Below, piece after piece: positions 1 through 10,125 of a stretch of 63,902 nt of DNA. The translations under genes and the position numbers were made by a program. The notes beneath the pieces are model-generated. The model searched no databases. It had not been told where the DNA came from and was given only the letters and a program-made list of their open reading frames with translations. This DNA is from Candidatus Humimicrobiaceae bacterium (lineage in GTDB: Bacteria > Actinomycetota > Humimicrobiia > Humimicrobiales > Humimicrobiaceae): positions 1 to 63,902 of the forward strand of contig DATBWH010000075.1 of NCBI GenBank assembly GCA_036514895.1. Direction: 5' to 3'. How positions within the stretch are numbered: the stretch's first letter is position 1; each line of letters begins with the position of its first letter.

Positions 1-165
1 ACAAAAGATGATGCAGCGCTCGAACTTGAGAGTCTCGGATTTATAGTTGAAATACTTCCTGATCCTGCATCCACCGGAAATGTTGTGAATCAGACTCCTG
101 CCGCTGATGAATATTTGAATTATGGTTCCACAGTTACCATAGAAATAGAAGATGAGATTACATAG
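1..165 (+). CDS. 3' end of a gene entering from the left; the last 54 codons resemble a PASTA repeat (PknB/PrkC-type Ser/Thr kinase or PBP C-terminus)
   Basis: Frame 1 is open from base 1 to TAG at 163-165: TKDDAALELESLGFIVEILPDPASTGNVVNQTPAADEYLNYGSTVTIEIEDEIT*. The spacing of A..L...G, G.V..Q.P and G..V.I matches the PASTA fold pattern. It is absent from the ORF track because there is no start in the window. Confidence 0.45.
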   Translation, partial: TKDDAALELESLGFIVEILPDPASTGNVVNQTPAADEYLNYGSTVTIEIEDEIT

Positions 166-218
166 TCTTATACTTTATCTAAACTGATAATTTGCGTATT
201 TAGCAAAATTACTTTTTC

Positions 219-2534
219 TTATTCCACTCCTCGGAGCAAATGCCCTTTAGAGTAGTTTTTGAAAAGATCATCATTTTCAAGTTTTGAAGTAAATAATCTA
301 TATTTGTCGATGCCGTCTTCCTGTAATATTTCTACTGCTTCTTTATAGTTTTTGATTATCCTGCCGAAGTCTCTTTTATCATAAAATCTGCTATCCAGAA
401 TAATATTATTGATACCGCTTGCTTTTATTTTATCAAGATCGAACAGTGTGCATATATTTCTTGAGTTAAATGTCATCATATTATTATTATAATCAGCTCC
501 GATTCTAAACCTGTAACCCTTGATATCCTCGATATAGTATTGGTTTACATTCGAGTTGCCGGTCAGAAATTCAATTTTATATCTGGAACTCATAATACGG
601 AAATAACCATGCCCGAAAATAGAAAACTCCATATTATCTTTACCTTTATAGAAATTCATTTTAGTCGATTTTATTTCAAAGATTTCCTCAAGGTTTAATT
701 CTGGAGAAAACTCTATCCCTTTTAAAAGATTATTCGCATTTATAAGATCATTGAAAAAAATAAGAGATAGAGTGTTAAACAGATTGAAATTATAACCCAG
801 ATAAATTCCGATACCACTACTATCCTGACTGCCTATTTCGTTGAATAATTCCAATAATGCCGGATTTGATATTTTATAATTATTTATTTTATGTTCCAGC
901 AGCTTTAAAATATTTTTTTCTATCGATTTAAAATCGCTGTCATATAAGATATATGGAGTTTCTATGGATATTTTGACGGACTTTAAATCGTTATATTTTT
1001 TAAGTGATTCTATTATGCTTTTTTCAACTCCTCTACCTTTTACCAGCTCTTTAGAGTCATTATAAATCACATGGTCCGCACCGTTATCAATAGCTGATTC
1101 GATATAATTATAATCATATATGCAGGCTGATAATGTTAATCTATCCTGAGTTTTTTCTAAGTCCAACCTGCCATAATCGGGTAAAAATTTATTTAAGTAG
1201 TCTTCTGTTCTGCTATTATTTTTGATGTTTCTGCCGCTTGCTGCGGATGATTTTTTTTTGCGTCCTTTATCGAAATCATATTTTAACAAAGACCGGGCTT
1301 CATTGCTTATTTCTATATCGAAATATTTAAAAACTCTGTCTTTCTCACCAATTTTGCTTGTATTATCAACTTTTATCCTGTATTTATGATAGTTATCCTC
1401 ATCATCCAATAATTCAAAATCTCTCACATTTATCCTGGTGTTTCCAAATCTGGTCCAGATTTCTAAAATATCTCCTTTATTTATTTCCCATCTGCTTTTT
1501 ATATAAATAAGTTTTATCTTTTTACTACCGCTACTGTTATAATCGATTCTATAGACTCTGCCTAAAAAATTTCCAATACTTCCTGATTTTTTTGGTGATA
1601 TTATGTCCCGGGGATACATCTCTTTCAAATAACCCGGACCCAATTCTCTTGAAAATATCTGGGTTAGTTTGTAAAGGTCCGATTCATCAACTTTATAATT
1701 TAAAGGATCTGAGGAATAAAGATCTATATACTTTCTATATATCTTAGTTACAATTCCCACATATTCGGGGGATTTCATTCTACCTTCGATTTTTAATGCA
1801 TCTACACCTGTCTTTATTATCTCCGGAAGCATATCAAGAAGGCAAAGATCGCTTTTACTTAATAGGTAACTTCCGTCTGCTATAATATAAATATACCTGT
1901 CTTCGTCTTTTCCCATAAGTTTATATTTCATCCTGCATGGCTGCGTGCACCTCCCCCTGTTACCGCTTCTTCCTCCGACAAACGAGCTGAAATAACAGCT
2001 TCCCGAGTATGAATAACACTGAGAACCATGCCCGAATACCTCTATTTTCATCAATTTTTTTTCCGTAAGCTTCTTTATTTCGTCTATGGTCATTTCTCTG
2101 GCAAGTACGGTTCTTTTAAATCCAAGGCGATTCAATAATTTCAATGAATAAAAATTGTGTACATTAAGCTGGGTGCTGGCATGAATAGGTATAGTCTTAA
2201 AAAGGCCCTTAAGTAACTTATATATACCATAATCCTGAATTATTATCCCATCGGAGCATATGTCGGTATATATTTCTAAAAAATCTATTACTTCTTTTAT
2301 TTCACTATTTTTTACCAGCGTATTCAATGTAAGATATACTTTTATATTATTATCATGGGCAATATTTATCGCTTTTTTCAAATGACCCATATCAAAATTA
2401 TCGGCATAAGCCCTGGCGCCAAATTTTTTATATCCCAGATAAACGGAATCGGCACCTGCGTTGATTGCTGCAACTAATTGATCCCAGCCTCCTGCCGGTG
2501 CAGTCAGTTCGATTTTTCCTGTAGTTTTATTCAT
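219..2534 (-). CDS. Peptidase U32 family protein (long, two-module form)
   Basis: 771-aa ORF. It has the N-terminal ELTAPAGGWDQLVAAINAGADSVYLGYKKFGARAYADNF, the Cys-rich EVFGHGSQCYSYSGSCYFSS and ALKIEGRMKSPEYV, all typical of U32 collagenase-like proteins. Confidence 0.85.
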   Translation of the reverse strand: MNKTTGKIELTAPAGGWDQLVAAINAGADSVYLGYKKFGARAYADNFDMGHLKKAINIAHDNNIKVYLTLNTLVKNSEIKEVIDFLEIYTDICSDGIIIQDYGIYKLLKGLFKTIPIHASTQLNVHNFYSLKLLNRLGFKRTVLAREMTIDEIKKLTEKKLMKIEVFGHGSQCYSYSGSCYFSSFVGGRSGNRGRCTQPCRMKYKLMGKDEDRYIYIIADGSYLLSKSDLCLLDMLPEIIKTGVDALKIEGRMKSPEYVGIVTKIYRKYIDLYSSDPLNYKVDESDLYKLTQIFSRELGPGYLKEMYPRDIISPKKSGSIGNFLGRVYRIDYNSSGSKKIKLIYIKSRWEINKGDILEIWTRFGNTRINVRDFELLDDEDNYHKYRIKVDNTSKIGEKDRVFKYFDIEISNEARSLLKYDFDKGRKKKSSAASGRNIKNNSRTEDYLNKFLPDYGRLDLEKTQDRLTLSACIYDYNYIESAIDNGADHVIYNDSKELVKGRGVEKSIIESLKKYNDLKSVKISIETPYILYDSDFKSIEKNILKLLEHKINNYKISNPALLELFNEIGSQDSSGIGIYLGYNFNLFNTLSLIFFNDLINANNLLKGIEFSPELNLEEIFEIKSTKMNFYKGKDNMEFSIFGHGYFRIMSSRYKIEFLTGNSNVNQYYIEDIKGYRFRIGADYNNNMMTFNSRNICTLFDLDKIKASGINNIILDSRFYDKRDFGRIIKNYKEAVEILQEDGIDKYRLFTSKLENDDLFKNYSKGHLLRGVE

Positions 2535-2562
2535 TCAAGAAATAAGAAATGGAATTAAATAT

Positions 2563-4008
2563 TTATTTAATATGCTCTATGATTTTACTAAAATCAGCGA
2601 TTCTTCCTGAAAGTTTTTTTAATTCCTGCTCGGAGCTTTTTATTTTTTTTACTGCCGATTCAATATTTAAAATGACCTGTTTTTTAGCGGTACCGCAGTC
2701 AACTTTTTTGTTGGATATACATGATTCGATGTTTGCATACTTATATATATCGTTTTCAAAAAAGCTTGAATAATCTTTAAGTTTTTCAAGCTTTAAGCCG
2801 GTTAACTTTATTTTTTTATCCAGGCAGTATTTTACTATTTTTCCTACTATATTATGTGCCTTCCTGAAACTTTCGCCTTTTTTGACGAGATAATCTGCAA
2901 TATCGGTAGCTTCTATGAAACTATCTTTAAGAGAATCTTCTATTTTTACAGTATTGAATTTTATTTTTTCAAGTAATTTAGAAAACATCTCGATGCTTGA
3001 AGCAGTTTCCCGGTAAGCGTCAAATAATATTTTTTTATCTTCCTGAAGGTCACGGTTATATGTAGAGGGCAGACCTTTTAGCAGGATGATAGATTGAAGT
3101 AAATTACCTGCAACCAATGAACTTTTACCCCTTATTAGTTCCAGAATATCAGGGTTCTTTTTTTGCGGCATTATACTGCTTCCCGTACAGAAAGATTCGT
3201 CTATTTCGATAAACGCGAATTCACCTGTGTTGTATATAATGAGATCCTCGCAAAACCTGCTTAAATGCATCATTGTCTTGCAGCAGGAATATATGAAATC
3301 TATTATAAAATCCCTGTTTCCGACAGTATCCATGCTGTTGGAATCAAGATTCTTGAAATTAAGAATTATTTTCAAGAATTTCCTATCAAGATTATATCCG
3401 CTGCCGGTGCAGGCCGCGGCTCCCAGCGGAAGAAAATCGCTGCCTTCGAAATCATAGAAAAAACTTGCTTTATCCCTGTCAAAATTTTGAAAATAAGCCA
3501 GAAGATAATGTGAAAGCAGGACAGGCTGGGCCTTTTGCATATGAGTATAGGCAGGCATTATTATATCAGTCGATTTCACAGCAATTTTTATAATATTTTT
3601 CTGCAGCGTTATTATTTTATTTAATAAATCGATTATTATATCTTTTATAAAAAGTTTTTCATCCAGCACTACCTGATCGTTCCTGCTCCTTCCGGTATGG
3701 ATTTTCATAGCTGTATCTCCTATGATCTTCCCAAGTTCATTTTCAATAAGACTATGAATATCTTCGTACACGGCTGTATCTACCTGGCCTATCTCTATAT
3801 TCTTTTTTACTTTTTTAAGTCCACCAATTATTTTTTTAAGCTCAAGTTCAGTAATGATTCCGATTTTATTGAGTCCCATTACATGAGCAGCGGTTCCTGT
3901 TATATCATACAGATAAAGTTCCTTATCTATATTTATGGATGAAGTGAATTTATCGACTGCTTCATCAGTATTTTTAGCTATCCTTCCCTTCCATATTTTA
4001 TTTTCCAT
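2563..4008 (-). CDS. argH: Argininosuccinate lyase
   Basis: 481 aa. It has the fumarate-lyase signatures TGRSRNDQV and GSSIMPQKKNPD. Its 5' end overlaps the argG 3' end by 11 nt. Confidence 0.95.
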   Translation of the reverse strand: MENKIWKGRIAKNTDEAVDKFTSSINIDKELYLYDITGTAAHVMGLNKIGIITELELKKIIGGLKKVKKNIEIGQVDTAVYEDIHSLIENELGKIIGDTAMKIHTGRSRNDQVVLDEKLFIKDIIIDLLNKIITLQKNIIKIAVKSTDIIMPAYTHMQKAQPVLLSHYLLAYFQNFDRDKASFFYDFEGSDFLPLGAAACTGSGYNLDRKFLKIILNFKNLDSNSMDTVGNRDFIIDFIYSCCKTMMHLSRFCEDLIIYNTGEFAFIEIDESFCTGSSIMPQKKNPDILELIRGKSSLVAGNLLQSIILLKGLPSTYNRDLQEDKKILFDAYRETASSIEMFSKLLEKIKFNTVKIEDSLKDSFIEATDIADYLVKKGESFRKAHNIVGKIVKYCLDKKIKLTGLKLEKLKDYSSFFENDIYKYANIESCISNKKVDCGTAKKQVILNIESAVKKIKSSEQELKKLSGRIADFSKIIEHIK

Positions 4009-5197
4009 TGATTCTTCCTTTTTTCGCTAATGTTTCATAAGTATAACCCCATAATTTTATAAAACTTTCAGAATGAGACGGATCGAATTTATCGCACTTA
4101 TCATAAGTGGCTAGATCCTTATCGTACAATGAATAATCGGATTTTCTTCCCACTATTTCGAAATGCTTGTTTTCAAATTTGACTCTTATGGTACCTGTTA
4201 CATAATCCTGGCTCCTGTCCATAAATTCACAAAGACAGCTTCTAAGTGGAGTAAACCATAATCCATAATAAACAAGCTCTGCAAATTTTCCTTCCAGACC
4301 ATACTTATAATGAACCAGTTCCCGGTCAAGTATCAGGGATTCCAGCTGCATATGAGATTCTATAAGTACTTCTGCTGCCGGTGATTCGTAGATCTCCCTG
4401 GATTTTATTCCAATCAGCCTGTTTTCTATCATATCAATTCTGCCGATTCCATAGGAACCTGCTGTTTCATTTAATGATTTTATGATTTCTGCAGGAGAAA
4501 TATTTTTATTGTTCAGTGAAACCGGTATACCGTTTTCGAATCCGATTTCGATATACTCGTTTTCACTTTCTTTTTTAGTTATTTTTGTCCATTTATAAAT
4601 ATCTTCAGGCGGTTCATTCCACGGATCTTCAAGGATACCGCACTCAATGCTCCTCCCCCATAGATTTTCATCTATGCTGTAAGGATTAGCTTTTGTGACA
4701 TTGACCTTAATGTTAAATTTTTTTGCATATTCCAGCGCTTCTTCCCTTGATATTATCCATTCTCTCTGCGGTGCGATAATCTTAAGTTCGGGCGCAAGAC
4801 TTCTGATACCTACATCAAAACGTACCTGATCATTACCTTTGGCAGTACAACCATGGGCAACTGCATGTGCTCCTTCTTTTCTGGCTATGTCCACAAGTTT
4901 TTTAACTATCAACGGCCTGGCAAGTGCCGTAGCAAGAGGATACTTTTTTTCATACTTTAGATTGGCTTTTATGGACGGAAAAATAAAATCTTTTATAAAC
5001 TCATCCTTTGCATCGACTATAACTGATTTTATTGCACCTATATTAAGTGCCTTACTGTAAATTTCTTTTAAATCCTCCGGCTGACCGCAATCTACAAGTA
5101 CGGCAATTACATCCATATCATATTTCTCTTTTATCCATTTTATTGAAATAGAGGTATCAAGCCCTCCTGAATAGGCCAGTACAACTTTACCGCTCAT
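3998..5197 (-). CDS. argG: Argininosuccinate synthase
   Basis: 399 aa. It has the N-terminal VLAYSGGLDTS ATP-pyrophosphatase motif and reads as ArgG over its full length. Confidence 0.95.
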   Translation of the reverse strand: MSGKVVLAYSGGLDTSISIKWIKEKYDMDVIAVLVDCGQPEDLKEIYSKALNIGAIKSVIVDAKDEFIKDFIFPSIKANLKYEKKYPLATALARPLIVKKLVDIARKEGAHAVAHGCTAKGNDQVRFDVGIRSLAPELKIIAPQREWIISREEALEYAKKFNIKVNVTKANPYSIDENLWGRSIECGILEDPWNEPPEDIYKWTKITKKESENEYIEIGFENGIPVSLNNKNISPAEIIKSLNETAGSYGIGRIDMIENRLIGIKSREIYESPAAEVLIESHMQLESLILDRELVHYKYGLEGKFAELVYYGLWFTPLRSCLCEFMDRSQDYVTGTIRVKFENKHFEIVGRKSDYSLYDKDLATYDKCDKFDPSHSESFIKLWGYTYETLAKKGRINGK

Positions 5198-5262
5198 TTA
5201 TTTGTTCCTTTCATATATTTACATAAAATAATCAAATTCATATTAATGTTAAACAGTATGGC

Positions 5263-5721
5263 TTAAAACTGTTTCTGCATCATTTCAAATATCTTTTTAG
5301 CATTTTGCTGGTTGTCTGCAACGCATATTATGGTATCATCTCCTGCAACCGTTCCAAGAATCTCTACAAAGTTCATGCCATCTATTATTGCTGCTGTTCC
5401 CTGTGCTTCTCCGGGGAATGTCCGCAGTACGATTATATTTTCCGCTCTTTTAACAGATAAAACACTCTCTTTGAATTTTGTTTTAAATTTAACCGGATCG
5501 ATAACCTTTCCCTCATGTGTCGTACTTTCAATGGAATAATATTCCTCCCCAAGATAATTTCTTATCCTTACAAGTCTCAAATCACTTAAATCCCTTGAAA
5601 TTGTAGATTGTGTCACATCATAACCTTTTTTTTTAAGCTCACTTAACAATTCTTCCTGTGAAGAGATTTTTTGGCTGCTTATTATTTCTTTTATTGCTCT
5701 TAGCCTTTCTGTTCTTTTCAT
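5263..5721 (-). CDS. argR: Arginine repressor ArgR/AhrC
   Basis: 152 aa. It has a winged-helix N-terminus (ISSQEELLSELKKKGYDVTQSTISRDLSDL) and a C-terminal oligomerisation/arginine-binding region (GTVAGDDTIICV). It sits inside the arg cluster. Confidence 0.9.
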   Translation of the reverse strand: MKRTERLRAIKEIISSQKISSQEELLSELKKKGYDVTQSTISRDLSDLRLVRIRNYLGEEYYSIESTTHEGKVIDPVKFKTKFKESVLSVKRAENIIVLRTFPGEAQGTAAIIDGMNFVEILGTVAGDDTIICVADNQQNAKKIFEMMQKQF

Positions 5722-5767
5722 TTTAATTTCTTACCTTTGAATTTTTTAATAAAAATCATACTTTCAT

Positions 5768-6676
5768 TTAATTCTTATATAAATAAACAAGTAATCCTTT
5801 TTGGGCGTGTATGCGATTTTCAGCCTGAAGTAAAATAACCGAATTTTTCCCATCCAGGACCTCTGAAGATATTTCCTGATCCCTGTGTGCGGGCAGGCAG
5901 TGCATTACCTTTACTTCTTTTTTTGCATGCACTAGAAGGTTGTGATTGACCTGATAATTTTTAAGTTCCTTTAGCTTATTGCTGTCTATTTCATCGCCCA
6001 TGCTTAACCACACATCCGTATAAACAACATCTGCATCCTTTACCGCTTCAATAGGATCATGTGTAATTTTTATTTTGATTCCATCCTTCTGGTTCCTTGC
6101 ATATTCTAATATTTCATTGGAAGGCGAATATTTTTCAGGACTTCCGATTGTTATGCCGATACCCAGTTTTGAAAATCCGATAATCAGACTGTTTGTGACA
6201 TTATTACTGTCCCCTATATATGTAAATTTTAAATCTTTACTCAGTAACCCGAGTTCCCTTAAAGTCAACATATCAGCCAGTGCCTGGCATGGATGATATT
6301 TATCCGTAAGTGCGTTTATTACAGGAATGTTCCCATACTTTGCAAATATTTCTACAGTTTCCTGCTTAAAGGTCCTTATAATAACTCCATCGACGTAAAG
6401 AGAGAATATTTCTGCGGTATCCTTATAGGTCTCTCCACGATCTAGCTGCAGACTTTTGGAATCCAGTATCAATACTTTTCCACCAAGCTGATTTATACCG
6501 GCTTCAAAAGAGATCCTGGTCCTGGTTGAATGCTTATCAAAAAGCATTGCTATGTTCTTACCCACAAGTACATTAGAATATTTACTTTTATCCTTTTTAA
6601 TTGATTGCGAAAGTTCAAGTATATATTCGATTTCATCCCCTGAATAATCTTTTAATGTCAAAAAATCCCTTTTCAT
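5768..6676 (-). CDS. argF: Ornithine carbamoyltransferase
   Basis: 302 aa. It has the STRTR carbamoyl-phosphate motif, HPCQ, DVWLSMG and HCLPA, which fit OTC rather than ATC. Confidence 0.9.
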   Translation of the reverse strand: MKRDFLTLKDYSGDEIEYILELSQSIKKDKSKYSNVLVGKNIAMLFDKHSTRTRISFEAGINQLGGKVLILDSKSLQLDRGETYKDTAEIFSLYVDGVIIRTFKQETVEIFAKYGNIPVINALTDKYHPCQALADMLTLRELGLLSKDLKFTYIGDSNNVTNSLIIGFSKLGIGITIGSPEKYSPSNEILEYARNQKDGIKIKITHDPIEAVKDADVVYTDVWLSMGDEIDSNKLKELKNYQVNHNLLVHAKKEVKVMHCLPAHRDQEISSEVLDGKNSVILLQAENRIHAQKGLLVYLYKN

Positions 6677-6677
6677 C

Positions 6678-7883
6678 TCATATCTCCTTTATTTTTGTAT
6701 CCAGCCACTTTATAAGTGTGTCTATATTCTTTTTTGTTATCACCAGTGCAGGCAGAAACCTTAAGGTACTGTTTGATATTTTATTGATGACCAGTTTATC
6801 TTTAAGGGCATCCAGTACCATTTTTTCCGCAACGGGTTCATTGAATTCCATACCAATCATAAGACCTATTCCCCTTATATCTTTTACTATCGGGTATTTC
6901 TTTTTGATCTGCACAAGTTTTTTCATGAAATACTGTCCCAGCTTTTTTGATCTTTCGGCCAGTTTATTATCGACTAAATAGTCAAGTACGGCCAGTCCCG
7001 CTGCACATGAAGCCATATTACCTCCGAAAGTAGAACCATGAGTACCAGGAACGAAGCTGGTGCTTATCTTATCTGTGGAAATAATTGCCCCTATGGGCAT
7101 TCCCCCGCCGAGACTCTTGGCAACTGTAAGTATATCAGGATATATTCCATAATTCTGATATGCAAACATATAACCTATCCTTCCAAAACCTGTCTGTATT
7201 TCATCCAGTATTAGAAGTATATTCTTTTCATTGCATATGTTCCTTAGTTCCTTCATGAATTCTTTATCTGCGGGATAGACTCCGCCTTCTCCCTGGATGG
7301 GTTCGATTATAACGGCACATGTATTTTCGCTGATCAGTTCCCTCACAGAATTTATATCGTTAAATACTGCATATTTGAATCCCGCAAGAAGCGGCTCGAA
7401 TAACTTTTGTTTTTCGATTTGTGCAGTGGCAGCCAGCGCACCAAGGGTCCTTCCATGAAAGGCCCTCTTGAATGTTATTACCTCATATCGTGAAGAATTG
7501 TAATTATCCGTAGAATATTTTCTCGCAAGTTTTATTGCTCCTTCTATGGATTCTGTACCGCTATTGGCAAAGAATACCTTTTCTCCGAATCCGGTGATCT
7601 CACATAATTTTTTTGCCAGCATTGCCTGGGGTTCACTATAATAGACATTTGAAGGTTGAATGATCTTTTCAACCTGCTTCTTTAGAGCGTTTACCACAGA
7701 TTTATTGCTGTGACCAACATTCAGACATCCGTAACCTGCTATGAAATCAAGATATTTATTGCCTTCTATATCCCAGAGATACTGCATTTTTGATTTTACA
7801 AATACAACAGGCAATCTGCTGTAAGTCGACATCAAATACTTGCTGCCCATGTTAAATATTTCCATATTTTTACCCGTGCTCAT
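6678..7883 (-). CDS. argD: Acetylornithine aminotransferase (class III PLP aminotransferase)
   Basis: 401 aa. It has DEIQTGFGRIG and the PLP lysine context TVAKSLGGGMP. It overlaps argB by 4 nt. Confidence 0.9.
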   Translation of the reverse strand: MSTGKNMEIFNMGSKYLMSTYSRLPVVFVKSKMQYLWDIEGNKYLDFIAGYGCLNVGHSNKSVVNALKKQVEKIIQPSNVYYSEPQAMLAKKLCEITGFGEKVFFANSGTESIEGAIKLARKYSTDNYNSSRYEVITFKRAFHGRTLGALAATAQIEKQKLFEPLLAGFKYAVFNDINSVRELISENTCAVIIEPIQGEGGVYPADKEFMKELRNICNEKNILLILDEIQTGFGRIGYMFAYQNYGIYPDILTVAKSLGGGMPIGAIISTDKISTSFVPGTHGSTFGGNMASCAAGLAVLDYLVDNKLAERSKKLGQYFMKKLVQIKKKYPIVKDIRGIGLMIGMEFNEPVAEKMVLDALKDKLVINKISNSTLRFLPALVITKKNIDTLIKWLDTKIKEI

Positions 7884-8800
7884 CCGACCTCCTTATTGGT
7901 TATCATTGTACCTATACCAGCATCAGTAAATATTTCTACAAGTATTGAATGTTTCTTAATGCCATTAAGTATATGGGTTCTTTCTGCTCCTGATTTTAAG
8001 GCAGCTATGCACGCAATAACTTTGGGAATCATTCCTGAACTTATTTTTTCTGATTCCAGTAAGTCAACACACTGATCCGAAGTCAATTTTGATATCAATT
8101 TATTTCCTTTACCGCTTTTTTCCATAATGCCATCTACATCCGTCAGCAGGATCATTTTCCTGGCATTAAGTGAAATCGTGACTTCTGCAGCGCAGGTATC
8201 GGCGTTGATATTATATATATTACCTTTATCATCCACTCCCAGTGTAGCAATGACCGGTATATAACCGCTGTCCAGCATATTATTCAAAAAACCGGAATTA
8301 ATACTGTCTATTTCTCCTACAAATCCCAGATCTATAATTTTCCCATTCTTTTTATATTCTTTTTTATGGCATTTTATAAAGCTGGCGTCATTTCCTGATA
8401 TTCCTAGAGCAATACTTCCATGTTTATTTAGAAAAGACACTATCTTCGTATTTATATTACCGATAAGGACCATTTTTACAATTTCCATAGAATCTTTGCC
8501 GGTGACTCTCAATCCGTCTACAAATTCAGGTTTTATCCCTTTTTCTGCTGACATCTCGCTGATCTGTTTGCCGCCTCCATGAATAAGGACCACTTTTATT
8601 CCAACATATTTCATTAAAATCAAATCATTCAGTACGCTCTGGATAACACTATCATTTTCCATCATGCTGCCGCCTATCTTTACTACGACTATTCTGTCGG
8701 AATATTCTTTTATGTAAGGCAATGATTCAAGCAATACCTCTACTTTATTTGTGTATAATTCGGTTTCTTCTTTTCCTTTGCCTGCCTTTGAATGAGCCAT
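7880..8800 (-). CDS. argB: Acetylglutamate kinase
   Basis: 306 aa. It has the amino-acid-kinase motifs VVVKIGGS and LIHGGG. Confidence 0.93.
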   Translation of the reverse strand: MAHSKAGKGKEETELYTNKVEVLLESLPYIKEYSDRIVVVKIGGSMMENDSVIQSVLNDLILMKYVGIKVVLIHGGGKQISEMSAEKGIKPEFVDGLRVTGKDSMEIVKMVLIGNINTKIVSFLNKHGSIALGISGNDASFIKCHKKEYKKNGKIIDLGFVGEIDSINSGFLNNMLDSGYIPVIATLGVDDKGNIYNINADTCAAEVTISLNARKMILLTDVDGIMEKSGKGNKLISKLTSDQCVDLLESEKISSGMIPKVIACIAALKSGAERTHILNGIKKHSILVEIFTDAGIGTMITNKEVG

Positions 8801-8851
8801 TTTATTTATTTCTCCTCAAATTATCTTTTTGATGATAACCGTATATTATTA

Positions 8852-10096
8852 TTATGTCCGATATAAAGCATTTATCTTTACATAATCAATTGATAGATCT
8901 GTAGTCAAAACATCAAATTCCTCTTTACCGGAATTAAAGTCAACGGTAAATTTTATTTCTTTTTCTTTCATCAGTTTATCTATATGTTTCCTGTCAAAAT
9001 CTACGCCTACACCGTTTTTTACAATCAGGGCATCTTCAATATAAATATTGACTTTATCCGGATCAAAATCACACCCCGCCGAACCAAGTGCCGAGTTTAT
9101 CCTGCCCCAATTAAGATCCTGCCCGAACATTGCCGCTTTAAACAAATTAGAGTTTGCAACTTTAAATGCAAGCATTTTCGCATCAGCTTTTTTCTTTGCA
9201 TTTACAATCTTTATCTCTATAAGTTTGGTTGCCCCTTCCCCGTCCATCACTATTTTCCTGGATAGATCCTTCATTACATAAGAAAAAGCATTTTTAAATT
9301 CTTTGTAATATTTACTTGTCTTATCATTTAAGATAACATAGCTTTTTAAATTTGCCGTGACTATTGCCATATCGTTCGTGCTCTGGCATCCATCGATTGT
9401 TATACGGTTAAAGCTTTTGTCGGCTTCTTCAAGAAGGATGGTATCCAGTAATTCTTTAGAAATTTTTGCATTGGTGGTTATAAATACCAGCAGAGTAGCC
9501 ATATTCGGTTCTATCATACCTGAACCTTTTGCCATACCGCCTATTACTAAATCTTCACCGGTTGCGGTTTTGATTTTTACTGCTATTTCTTTTGTGACGA
9601 GGTCTGTTGTAAGTATTGCCTTTGCTGCATCATGTCCGCCATCGATGCTTAATGTATCGGCACATTCAATGATACCTTTTTCCATTTTATCCATTGCGAG
9701 CTGCTTCCCTATTACTCCCGTAGAAGAAATGATTATATTTTTTTTATCGACACCAAGCTGATGTCCTGCAATATCTATGGTTTTTACAGCATTCTCATAT
9801 CCTTCTTTACCTGTGCAGGCATTGGCAACTCCGCTGTTTATAATAATTGCTTTTATATTTCTTGTCTTTTTAAGCTGTTCCTTTGTTACTAAAACAGGTG
9901 CCGCCTGGAACTTATTTGTAGTAAATATTCCGCTGCATACACTATCTTCGGGTGTGTAAATCATACATATATCCGATTTTCCCGAATTTTTAAGACCACA
10001 GTGACATGCAGAGGCGTAAAAGCCTGGAACGCTGGTTATGCTGCCATCTTTTATAATATCGAATCCCATCATTTTTTTATTTAAATTTTTTTTCAT
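8852..10096 (-). CDS. argJ: Bifunctional ornithine acetyltransferase / N-acetylglutamate synthase
   Basis: 414 aa. It has the ArgJ autoprocessing site context NMATLLVFITTNA. Confidence 0.93.
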   Translation of the reverse strand: MKKNLNKKMMGFDIIKDGSITSVPGFYASACHCGLKNSGKSDICMIYTPEDSVCSGIFTTNKFQAAPVLVTKEQLKKTRNIKAIIINSGVANACTGKEGYENAVKTIDIAGHQLGVDKKNIIISSTGVIGKQLAMDKMEKGIIECADTLSIDGGHDAAKAILTTDLVTKEIAVKIKTATGEDLVIGGMAKGSGMIEPNMATLLVFITTNAKISKELLDTILLEEADKSFNRITIDGCQSTNDMAIVTANLKSYVILNDKTSKYYKEFKNAFSYVMKDLSRKIVMDGEGATKLIEIKIVNAKKKADAKMLAFKVANSNLFKAAMFGQDLNWGRINSALGSAGCDFDPDKVNIYIEDALIVKNGVGVDFDRKHIDKLMKEKEIKFTVDFNSGKEEFDVLTTDLSIDYVKINALYRT

Positions 10097-10125
10097 CTTT
10101 AATCTTTTTTATAAGTAATTTATCT

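Noticed and set aside
5198-5262. ARG-box-like sequences upstream of argG (AATATGAATTTGATTATT) and upstream of argR (5722-5767).
   Set aside because: Only one half-site (TGAAT or ATTCA) matches in each case. In DNA this AT-rich that is not distinguishable from chance, unlike the perfect inverted repeat at argC.
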